Origin: Candidatus Gottesmanbacteria bacterium RIFCSPHIGHO2_02_FULL_39_11
GTDB taxonomy: Bacteria > Patescibacteriota > Microgenomatia > 2-02-FULL-39-11
Reading direction: 5' to 3'
DNA: 64,000 nucleotides
NCBI GenBank assembly: GCA_001779195.1
Contig: MFJL01000026.1
Location: forward strand, 3,226-67,225
Shown: positions 56,087 to 64,000 of the stretch, in pieces
Layout: each line of letters begins with the position of its first letter
Position numbering within the stretch: the first letter of the stretch is position 1
Notes under the pieces: generated by a model
The model's database searches: none
Seen by the model: only the letters and a program-made list of their open reading frames with translations
What the model was told of the DNA's origin: nothing
Position numbers and translations under genes: made by a program

Positions 56087-57916
56087 TTATTTACCTTTCT
56101 TGTTTAACTGATAATAAAGTTCATTATACCCTCTTACATATGCATCCATGGATGCAACTATCATATCAGGAGATGTTCCTTTTGCAACAATTTCCGTACC
56201 GTCACTTGATACCAAAACCATAGTCACAACAACAGATGCGTTGCTTCCTGAGGTAGGAATCTCAACAAGAAAGTCTTTCAGACGAAAAGAGATGCCGTCA
56301 TATTTATTAATAATTGATTTAATTGCAGAAACCGCAGCATCCACGGGCCCGTCTCCGATACCGTTTGCTGTATATATTTTTCCGTTAAGTTTAACCGTCA
56401 CAAAAACAGACGCTTTTCTGTGTTTAGAATCAGAAAGAGTAAAGTCTTCCAAACTTAGATAATCATTGGGAGACTGATGCTGAAAAATGGTCTCAAGAAT
56501 TGTCTGCAAATCAGCTTTCCCCAGAGATTTTCCTTTCTCTTTTACAAAATGGTTTACCTGTTTTACAACTTTTTTTATGTCGTCTTGTGATAATTGTATG
56601 TCAAATTCATGGTGAATAATTTTCGAAATTTTTTTCTCATCAAAATTTTCATCCAGAAGCTTTTTCTCTTTTTCTGAAGTTTCTGATGTCTTCATGGAAA
56701 GCAAATTTTGGGAAAAAATCCGCTCTACTTCTTTAAGATCCGGTTCAATTGTCGGAGGTGCCGCCATAATTTTTAAAGTTGCCGCAGGGTCTTTAAGCCC
56801 TATACCGGTTGCCACACACACGACCGTATCATCTTTAGAGATAGTTTTAGTCTTTAGCAGTTTTGCCAAAGCAACAATGGTTGTTGCACTGCTGGGCTCG
56901 ATATACAAAGCCTGAGTTTGAGCAAGCATTTTTTGTGCGAGAAGTGCCTCTTCATCAGAGGCATCGGTAATGGTTCCGTGTGTGTTAACTAACGATTCAA
57001 TCACTTTCGGAGCATCAATTGGGAATCCGCATGCGATTGCTCCGCAGATAGTCTGAGGTTTTTGAACCGGCCGGACTTGGTATGAATTTTTATCAGGATA
57101 AATGGAATGACAACCGGAAGCTTGTACTCCGACAATTTTAGGCATTTTTTTAATAAGTCCAAGTCTATAGTACTCATATATTCCTTTATAAATTCCTGAA
57201 AGATGCGTACCCATGCCGATAGGAACTATAATCCAGTCTACATTTCCGCCAGGTACTTGATCCATGATTTCAAAGCCGGTTGATTTCTGACCTTCCTGTC
57301 TAAAAACATAATCTCCTGCAAGATAAAAATTGTATTTTTTGGCAACTTTTTCACACAGCTCGCTTGCTTCATTATAGGTGCTACTTACCTGAATCACCTT
57401 TGCACCATAGGAGAGTGTCTGAGCAAGTTTTCCTTTGGGAGTATTTTCAGGAATAAAGACATAGCAGGCAAGTCCCGCTTGTGCGGAAAATGCAGCAACA
57501 GATGCAGCCATATTGCCTGTTGAAGCCACACACACAGAAGTAAATCCAAGCTCTTTGGCTTTATTTATCTCGACAAAACTTCCCCGATCCTTAAACGCAC
57601 CTGTTGGATTAAGTCCCTCATGCTTAATATAGATATGATCGTTTTTAAGTTTTATTCCCAGTTTTTTTGCATGAATAAGGGGAGTTCCGCCTTCTTTAAG
57701 AGAAACTAAATTTTTCCTGGATTTAAACGGATAAAAATCCAGGTACTTCATAACCGTGGGCTTTGCATTTTCCAACAGATACGGATTCATTTTATTTTTA
57801 AGTTCCTCAAAATTATATTCAATAGTTAAAGCACCTCCGCAGGAAAGACACCGGGAGGTGGTCATTTTTTCATCCGTCTTTTTTTTACATGAGACACACT
57901 GCAGATAGTAATTCAT
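56087..57916 (-). CDS. PLP-dependent ThrC-like enzyme (threonine synthase/dehydratase fold II) with N-terminal Zn-ribbon and C-terminal LeuA-dimer-like allosteric domain
   Basis: Cys4 ribbon (CVSC...CLSC); PLP-lysine signature HEGLNPTGAFKDRGS. The C-terminal ~110 aa match the LeuA_dimer regulatory block (ANGIGDGPVDAAVSAIKSI). Confidence 0.6.
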   Translation of the reverse strand: MNYYLQCVSCKKKTDEKMTTSRCLSCGGALTIEYNFEELKNKMNPYLLENAKPTVMKYLDFYPFKSRKNLVSLKEGGTPLIHAKKLGIKLKNDHIYIKHEGLNPTGAFKDRGSFVEINKAKELGFTSVCVASTGNMAASVAAFSAQAGLACYVFIPENTPKGKLAQTLSYGAKVIQVSSTYNEASELCEKVAKKYNFYLAGDYVFRQEGQKSTGFEIMDQVPGGNVDWIIVPIGMGTHLSGIYKGIYEYYRLGLIKKMPKIVGVQASGCHSIYPDKNSYQVRPVQKPQTICGAIACGFPIDAPKVIESLVNTHGTITDASDEEALLAQKMLAQTQALYIEPSSATTIVALAKLLKTKTISKDDTVVCVATGIGLKDPAATLKIMAAPPTIEPDLKEVERIFSQNLLSMKTSETSEKEKKLLDENFDEKKISKIIHHEFDIQLSQDDIKKVVKQVNHFVKEKGKSLGKADLQTILETIFQHQSPNDYLSLEDFTLSDSKHRKASVFVTVKLNGKIYTANGIGDGPVDAAVSAIKSIINKYDGISFRLKDFLVEIPTSGSNASVVVTMVLVSSDGTEIVAKGTSPDMIVASMDAYVRGYNELYYQLNKKGK

Positions 57917-57926
57917 ATGTTTTCTC

Positions 57927-58046
57927 TGTCATTCCCGCGTTTACCCTGAAAAATTCGCTTTTTAGGGCAGGCGGGAATCCATCGATGGATCCCGGGTCTC
58001 GGAACAATTCTGTCGAATTTTCCGAGTAAACAAGCCCGGGATGACA
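57927..58046. repeat. composite palindromic repeat (family A + expanded family B) between ilvC and thrC-like gene
   Basis: Seen directly. Confidence 0.75.
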
Positions 58047-58050
58047 ATTA

Positions 58051-59103
58051 TTATTTTTTTAAATTTTCCGGTCTTAAGCTTCTAACCATTCTTCCTGCTC
58101 TCCAAATTTCAAGTTCTGACATCTCTTTTAATTCTTTATTTAATTTTTCTTTGTAATCTTTTGTTGCGTTTGCTTTAAGAACCCGTGCTGTTTCTTTCCC
58201 CTCTTTGACACTCTGATATAACTTTTTAAATACCGGCATCACCGCTTTTTTAAACTTCCCCTTCCAATCCAGTGCTCCCCGCTGAGCAGTTGTACTACAA
58301 TTTGCGTACATCCAATCCATTCCACTCTCTGCAACCATTCGGATAAGACTTTGTGTCAGTTCTTCAACCGTTTCGTTAAATGCTTCACTGGGAGTGTGTC
58401 CTTTTTTCCTAAGAGTCTCGTACTGAGCTTCCATAATTCCGGCAAGCGCTCCCATTAAGACTCCCCTCTCTCCGGTCAGATCGCTGTATACTTCATTTTT
58501 AAAATTGGTTTCAAATAAAAACCCCGATCCTATTGCAATTCCCATAGCCAATACTCTTTCTCTAGCACGGCCGGTTGCATCCTGAAAAACCGCAAAACTG
58601 CTGTTTATTCCGCTTCCGTCTAAAAAGTTAGTCCGAACCGATCTTCCAGCGCCTTTCGGAGCAACTAAAATTACATCAATATCTATGGGTGGAATAATTT
58701 TCGTTTGTTCCTTATAGGTAATTCCAAATCCGTGAGAAAAATACAAGGCTTTTCCCTTGGTTAAGTATTTTTTAACATCTGGCCATAACTGCATTTGTCC
58801 TGCATCGGATAACAAATATGCGATAATGGTGCCTTTTTCCAGCGCTTCTTCAATTGAAAATAAATTTTTCCCTTTTTTCCATCCGTCTTTTACGGCTTTA
58901 CCCCAGGAGGGAGATGGATACCTCTGTCCGATAATTACATGAATTCCGTTATCTCTCAAATTCATTGCCTGCGCAGGTCCTTGGACTCCATATCCGATTA
59001 TCGCAACGGTTTCACCTTTTAAGACTTCCTTTGCCTTTTTTAAAGGAAATTCTTCCCGGGTCATAACGGTTTCTAATTCATCTCCGAATTTTATTTTGGA
59101 CAT
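58051..59103 (-). CDS. ilvC: ketol-acid reductoisomerase (class I)
   Basis: Rossmann motif GYGVQGPAQAMNLRDNG and a KARI C-terminal knotted domain. Confidence 0.9.
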   Translation of the reverse strand: MSKIKFGDELETVMTREEFPLKKAKEVLKGETVAIIGYGVQGPAQAMNLRDNGIHVIIGQRYPSPSWGKAVKDGWKKGKNLFSIEEALEKGTIIAYLLSDAGQMQLWPDVKKYLTKGKALYFSHGFGITYKEQTKIIPPIDIDVILVAPKGAGRSVRTNFLDGSGINSSFAVFQDATGRARERVLAMGIAIGSGFLFETNFKNEVYSDLTGERGVLMGALAGIMEAQYETLRKKGHTPSEAFNETVEELTQSLIRMVAESGMDWMYANCSTTAQRGALDWKGKFKKAVMPVFKKLYQSVKEGKETARVLKANATKDYKEKLNKELKEMSELEIWRAGRMVRSLRPENLKK

Positions 59104-59110
59104 AAATTTT

Positions 59111-59268
59111 TGTAAGTGACCTAGAAGCAGTCTCGAAACCTTTACATCTCTGTCATGCTGAATTCATTTCAGCATCTTCAGAAGATTCCTGAACCGAATT
59201 CAGGACAGGCTCTGAAACAAGTTCAGGATGACGGTTTAGAGATGACTTCTAAGTCACTTAAGTAACTT
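59111..59268. mobile_element. MITE-like composite of hairpin modules bounded by ~17-25-bp imperfect terminal inverted repeats (TGTAAGTGACCTAGAAG / CTTCTAAGTCACTTAAGTAACTTAC) between ilvN and ilvC
   Basis: Terminal IRs with 1 mismatch enclose TGTCATGCTGAA..., ATTCCTGAACCGAATTCAGGACAG and family C modules. Confidence 0.45.
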
Positions 59269-59752
59269 ACTTAAATAATGCCGTCCTTCCGGTTCTTACG
59301 AACTCCATCACTCCATATTTCTTCATATTTTTATAAAATCCTTGTATCTTTTCTTCGTTTCCGGTTATCTCAAGCATCATATATTCAGGCGTGACTTGAA
59401 TTACTTTTGCACGGAAGTGATCTGCAATTAAAGAAATTTCTCCCTTGCTTCCGGTTTTTGTAGTTGAAACTTTAATAAGTCCAAGCTCTCTGGCAACAAT
59501 ACTATCTTCTTCCGGTTCGTTTACCTTGATAACTTCGATGATCCGGTATAACTGCTTTGCCATTTTTTCGACCGTTTCCTTATCTCCTTCAACAACGATT
59601 GTAAATCGGGACATGTCAGGATCCTCAGTTGCCGATACCGTAAGAGAAGCGATGTTAAATCTTCTTTTTCGGATAAGTCCTGAGATCCGGTATAAAACAC
59701 CCGGTTTATTTTGAACGGTTACGATTAATGTAGAAAATTTATTTTGCTTCAT
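59267..59752 (-). CDS. ilvN: acetolactate synthase small (regulatory) subunit
   Basis: N-terminal ACT domain followed by the ALS_ss_C domain. Confidence 0.85.
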   Translation of the reverse strand: MKQNKFSTLIVTVQNKPGVLYRISGLIRKRRFNIASLTVSATEDPDMSRFTIVVEGDKETVEKMAKQLYRIIEVIKVNEPEEDSIVARELGLIKVSTTKTGSKGEISLIADHFRAKVIQVTPEYMMLEITGNEEKIQGFYKNMKKYGVMEFVRTGRTALFK

Positions 59753-59785
59753 AGTCTTAATTGTTCATTGTACATTGAACACTAT

Positions 59786-61471
59786 TCATTCAATTCTAAT
59801 TTCATCCACCGATGCTCCCTGCGGAATCATCGGGAAAATATTCTGCTCTTTTTCAACAACAAACTCAATAAGATAGGGTCCTTTATGCTTTCTCGCCCGT
59901 TTAATTGCGCCTTCTATATCTTTTCTTTCCGTCACTTTTTCTGATGGAATTCCGAATCCTTCTGATAATTTCATAAAGTCAGGATTTTTCAAAGATACGG
60001 ATGAATAATTTTTATCAAAAAATAACTGCTGCCATTGTCTTACCATTCCTAAAAAATTATTATTTAAAAGCATTATTTTTATATCCAGGTTTTCCTGAGC
60101 AATCGTTGCCATCTCCTGCATAGTCATTTGGAAAGATCCGTCTCCGACAATTGTCCATACTTCATCATTAGGCTTTGCAACTTTAACACCTATACTGGCG
60201 GGAAGTGCAAAACCCATGGTTCCCAACCCCCCGCTTGTGACAAAACTGTCATGTTTTTTATATTCATAATATCTGCAAGCAATCATCTGATGCTGTCCGA
60301 CATCAGCAACGATACGTGATTTTCCGTGGGTTATATCGGAAAGTTTTTTTACAATTTCACTCATTTTTAAGGGTCCTTTCCTAGGATAGATTTCAGGACG
60401 GATCACTTTTTCGTACTCCACTTTGTCATAATCTTTAAACATGTCAAACCATTCTTTTCTTCCTTTAGATTCTTTGATGAGGGGAAGCAAACTTTTCAGT
60501 ACTTCTTTTACGTCTCCGACAATAGGTACACTGACTTTTACATTCTTACCCAGTTCCGCAGGATCAATATCTACATGAATAATAGTTGCATGGGGCAAAT
60601 AATCATTTAGTCTTCCAGTTACCCGATCATCAAATCGCATCCCAAGGGCAATAACAACATCGGCTTTATTTACACATTTATTGGGGGCCAAATTCCCATG
60701 CATCCCAAGCCAGCCGATATAATTAGGATGGTCTCTTTTGATACAGCTGATTCCGTGAAGTGTGGTTCCAACCGGAATTGCGGCTTTTTCGGATAACTCT
60801 AAAAGTTCTTTTTCCGCATGAGAAATAAGTACACCGTGTCCGGCAAAGATATAGGGCTTACTGCTTTGGTTTATAAATTCAGCCGCCCGTTCTATCTGAT
60901 GCATGTTTCCTTTCACTGTAGGATTATACCCGGGTAAATTAATTTTTTCGGGATAGTTAAATTCTATTTTTTCAAATTGTGCGTCTTTTGTGATATCAAT
61001 TACAACCGGTCCGGGCCTTCCGGTTCCGGATATATGAAACGCTTCTTTAACTGACACGGCAATTTCAGATGCTTTCATTATCAGATAATTATGCTTAGTA
61101 ACCATCGCTGTAATTCCTACAACATCCGTTTCCTGAAAAGCATCTCCCCCAATCAGATGTGAATGAACCTGTCCGCTTATGGCAACAACGGGAACTGAAT
61201 CAAGTATCGCATCAGCAAGACCGGTAACAACATTGGTTGCTCCCGGTCCTGATGTCACCAGACACACGGCAGGTTTTCCGGTAGACCTAGCATATCCTTC
61301 AGCCGCATGGATTGCTCCCTGTTCATGACGAACCAAAATATGGCGAAGTTTTGGATAGCGGGTGAGCGCATCATAAACGGGCATAATCGCGCCTCCCGGA
61401 TATCCGAATATTACTTCAACTCCTTCTTTTAATAGTGATTCACAAAGTATTTCAGCGCCGGTTAGTTTCAT
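59786..61471 (-). CDS. ilvB: acetolactate synthase large subunit (ThDP-dependent)
   Basis: ThDP-binding GDG...N motif and the conserved N-terminus. Confidence 0.9.
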   Translation of the reverse strand: MKLTGAEILCESLLKEGVEVIFGYPGGAIMPVYDALTRYPKLRHILVRHEQGAIHAAEGYARSTGKPAVCLVTSGPGATNVVTGLADAILDSVPVVAISGQVHSHLIGGDAFQETDVVGITAMVTKHNYLIMKASEIAVSVKEAFHISGTGRPGPVVIDITKDAQFEKIEFNYPEKINLPGYNPTVKGNMHQIERAAEFINQSSKPYIFAGHGVLISHAEKELLELSEKAAIPVGTTLHGISCIKRDHPNYIGWLGMHGNLAPNKCVNKADVVIALGMRFDDRVTGRLNDYLPHATIIHVDIDPAELGKNVKVSVPIVGDVKEVLKSLLPLIKESKGRKEWFDMFKDYDKVEYEKVIRPEIYPRKGPLKMSEIVKKLSDITHGKSRIVADVGQHQMIACRYYEYKKHDSFVTSGGLGTMGFALPASIGVKVAKPNDEVWTIVGDGSFQMTMQEMATIAQENLDIKIMLLNNNFLGMVRQWQQLFFDKNYSSVSLKNPDFMKLSEGFGIPSEKVTERKDIEGAIKRARKHKGPYLIEFVVEKEQNIFPMIPQGASVDEIRIE

Positions 61472-63144
61472 ACAAGTATCGCCCCTTTTTCAGCACCCGT
61501 TACCAACTTTGCATACCTTGCTAACCATCCCTTAGAAACAGACAGTTTAAACGATTTTAAGTTTTTCTTTCTTTTTAAAATTTCTCTCTCTGAAACCAGT
61601 AGTGATATTTTCTTTTTTTCTGCATCTATTTCTATTTCATCCCCGTCTTTTACTAAAGAAATCGGACCGCCAACTGCAGCCTCCGGTGCAATATGTCCTA
61701 CAACATGCCCATGCGTTCCTCCCGAGAATCTTCCGTCTGTTATTAATGCTATATCTTCTCCTAATCCTTTTCCCATTACAGCGGAGGTGACCGATAACAT
61801 TTCTCTCATTCCGGGGCCGCCTTTGGGTCCTTCGTACCGGATGACAAGGACTGATCCTTTTTTTATTTTATTTTTCATAAGAGCATCCATGGCTTCTTCT
61901 TCGCTGTTAAAGACTTGGGAAGGACCCTTAAAATAGGAATATTTAAGTCCGGTAAGTTTAGTAATTGCTCCACGAGGGGCTAAGTTACCGTTAAGAATTG
62001 CCATTGGCGGATGAGTATACATTGGGTTATCAAAGGAAGAAATAACATCCTGCCCTTTTTTAAAGTCGGAAACAGCTTTTAAATTTTCTTTTATGGTTTT
62101 TCCGGTAACTGTCAAACACTCTCCGTGTAATAAACCCGCTTGTAATAACTGCTTCATAAGTGCTGGTACTCCTCCTACTTTATATAAATCAGCCATCACA
62201 TACTTCCCCGAAGGTTTAAGATTTCCCAGATAGGGGGTTTTTAATGCAACTCTTTGAAAGTCATCCAGTGTTAACTTGATATCTACTTCATGGGCCATGG
62301 CTAATAAATGTAACACTGCATTGGTTGATCCTCCGAGAGCCATCACAACAGTAATTGCATTTTCAAATGCTTTTTTTGTCATAATCATTTTTGGAGTAAT
62401 CTTTTTTTTAATCAGAGTAACAATCTGCTCGCCGGCTTTTTTACATTCCTCTTTTTTTTCAGGATATACTGCAGGAGTGGATGAAGATTGCGGTAAACTC
62501 ATACCCAAAGATTCAATTGCTGAGGACATTGTGTTGGCCGTATACATTCCTCCGCATGCACCCGGACCCGGACACGCGTTACACTCTATACATTTAAATT
62601 CATCTTTGGAAATTTTTCCCGCATTATATTTTCCTACAGCTTCAAAAATGGATACAATATCTACTTTCTTTCCATGACACTCCCCAGGAAGTATGGTTCC
62701 GCCGTAAACAAATATAGATGGAATATTAATTCTACCCATAGCCATGAGGCAACCGGGCTGATTTTTATCGCATCCGCCGATTGCGACAAGCCCATCGTAA
62801 TTTTGGGCTTTTGCAACAGTCTCAATTGAATCTGCAATAATTTCCCGCGAAGGCAGAGAATATTTCATCCCCCAGTGTCCCATTCCGATTCCGTCAGAGA
62901 CAGTTATGGTATTAAAAATCTGAGGAGCCCCGCCCCCTATTTTCACGCCTTGTTTAACTTCACGAGCGAGCACATCAATATGGCTGTTGCAGGGCGTAAC
63001 TTCAGCCCACGTTGACGCAACACCTATCATGGGTTTTTTAAAATCGAGATCTGTAAATCCAACAGCTCTAAGCATGGCACGATTCGGCGCCCTCTCATTC
63101 CCTTCCGTTGTCAGATAACTTCTGAATTTAAGATATGACTTCAT
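61468..63144 (-). CDS. ilvD: dihydroxy-acid dehydratase
   Basis: IlvD/EDD Cys ligands ([17 protein letters not shown]). Confidence 0.9.
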   Translation of the reverse strand: MKSYLKFRSYLTTEGNERAPNRAMLRAVGFTDLDFKKPMIGVASTWAEVTPCNSHIDVLAREVKQGVKIGGGAPQIFNTITVSDGIGMGHWGMKYSLPSREIIADSIETVAKAQNYDGLVAIGGCDKNQPGCLMAMGRINIPSIFVYGGTILPGECHGKKVDIVSIFEAVGKYNAGKISKDEFKCIECNACPGPGACGGMYTANTMSSAIESLGMSLPQSSSTPAVYPEKKEECKKAGEQIVTLIKKKITPKMIMTKKAFENAITVVMALGGSTNAVLHLLAMAHEVDIKLTLDDFQRVALKTPYLGNLKPSGKYVMADLYKVGGVPALMKQLLQAGLLHGECLTVTGKTIKENLKAVSDFKKGQDVISSFDNPMYTHPPMAILNGNLAPRGAITKLTGLKYSYFKGPSQVFNSEEEAMDALMKNKIKKGSVLVIRYEGPKGGPGMREMLSVTSAVMGKGLGEDIALITDGRFSGGTHGHVVGHIAPEAAVGGPISLVKDGDEIEIDAEKKKISLLVSEREILKRKKNLKSFKLSVSKGWLARYAKLVTGAEKGAILV

Positions 63145-63299
63145 ATAAATTCGAAATCCGAATATCGAAATCCGAAATAAATTCTAATTATTAAAATTCC
63201 AAATTTTCAAAATGTTTAGAATTTTCTTCTTTTAGAATTTCGATATTGTTTCGAATTTCGTATTTCATGCTTCGTATTTTCTTACTATATAACGCAAAA

Positions 63300-63318
63300 A
63301 CCTCTCACTTGGAGAGGT
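63300..63318 (-). terminator. intrinsic terminator (hairpin acctctc-caagt-gagaggt + T-run on minus strand)
   Basis: Seen directly; a T5 run follows the hairpin on the minus strand. Confidence 0.5.
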
Positions 63319-63476
63319 TAATTCAATATTCTATTTGGAAGCTTTTCAGGTCCTCTCAACCTTTAGCCCCCATAGAGGGACAATAAGGTTAAGGACAATA
63401 ATTGAAAAGCTGCTATTTATCATAATTGTTAGATTCTATCAAAAGGAAGCTTCAAATGTCAAGAATTTCTCTTTTT

Positions 63477-63983
63477 TTAGTGAAGGATTCTTTTAAGTTC
63501 ATCCAGACGCGCAAGAAAATAATTAAGCCCTTCCCCCGGATGTGTTATACAGTAAACTGCTTTTTTACTGCAGTCGAGAACCATCTCAACCGGAACATTC
63601 GAGACCATTTCTATTCCGTTTATCACTATACTTACCTGAGTTTTAAAAGGCTTGCTACCTGATATATCTACAAACCACGGAGTTACCCGATATGAGTAGT
63701 CAGAAGGATAGTCGACTTTTATATTTTCAATTTCAGGGGACAGATTAACGGAGATACTAGCAACGGGCGTTGTTCTTCCGTATACATTTAAAGGCAAAAT
63801 AAAAAGCCGGATAGGATTTCTTCCCGCTATTGCTTTTTTATTATTCCAATAAAAAATAGATTTATAAGAATCAACTTCCAGGTTTGCTTTATCCGGTTGA
63901 AAAATAGGATTTAGTTCTTCCAAGTTTTGCAGGGAAGTTTGCGGAGTCAGGGTAATTTGGTCAGTATCTTTTAAAAGATTCAA
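63477..63983 (-). CDS. hypothetical protein
   Basis: 168-aa ORF; no recognisable motif. Confidence 0.3.
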   Translation of the reverse strand: MNLLKDTDQITLTPQTSLQNLEELNPIFQPDKANLEVDSYKSIFYWNNKKAIAGRNPIRLFILPLNVYGRTTPVASISVNLSPEIENIKVDYPSDYSYRVTPWFVDISGSKPFKTQVSIVINGIEMVSNVPVEMVLDCSKKAVYCITHPGEGLNYFLARLDELKRILH

Positions 63984-64000
63984 AAGAGGTACAAAAATCT

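Noticed and set aside
63145-63300. BCAA-rich leader peptide upstream of ilvD
   Set aside because: The only small minus-strand ORF (MKYEIRNNIEILKEENSKHFENLEF) is not enriched in consecutive Leu/Ile/Val codons and lies after, not before, the terminator.

Overview
This is an AT-rich (~36-38% GC) bacterial window with compact, mostly overlapping genes; the phylum is not obvious. Archaeal-type PEPC and AspRS and a dense family of dispersed palindromic intergenic repeats suggest an uncultivated lineage. Four blocks stand out.

1. A ~19 kb copper/redox-homeostasis island (1.9-20.5 kb). It holds two P1B-type Cu-ATPases, one of them with a non-canonical CPD motif, a Cu-binding HMBD and a Met-rich stretch. 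It also carries a CopZ chaperone, an unusual HMA-permease-double-cupredoxin fusion protein, a CcdA/DUF1573 pair, a CDF-like transporter lacking its cytoplasmic domain, and a DsbA-like protein. A two-domain multicopper oxidase, a YtkA-like protein, a CusSR-like two-component system, and an overlapping ArsR-glutaredoxin-rhodanese trio complete the set. At its centre sits a BlaI/CopY-family repressor translationally coupled to a sensor-less M56 (BlaR1-like) protease carrying an extracytoplasmic His/Cys-rich tail. Conserved TACA/TGTA-type palindromes lie upstream of several operons in the island.

2. A small accessory/defence-like patch (21-26 kb). It contains a RelE/Phd toxin-antitoxin pair, a NUDIX hydrolase, two HEPN-like modules, a probable frameshifted gene, and tRNA-Gln(CUG). 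Next to the tRNA is a striking C-rich (antisense G-rich, G4-capable) repeat array.

3. A housekeeping block: uppP, era, rdgB, gltX, dac, aspS, aminotransferase, archaeal-type PEPC, recJ, cca, secDF and others.

4. Convergent leuABCD (+) and ilvD-B-N-C / thrC-like / ridA / ilvE (-) operons. These include a novel ThrC-like PLP enzyme fused to a LeuA-dimer-type allosteric domain, and a leuA leader with promoter, terminator/antiterminator and short leader ORFs.

A modular family of 'TGTCAT(T)CC...GGA(A)TGACA' hairpin repeats occupies many intergenic spacers.
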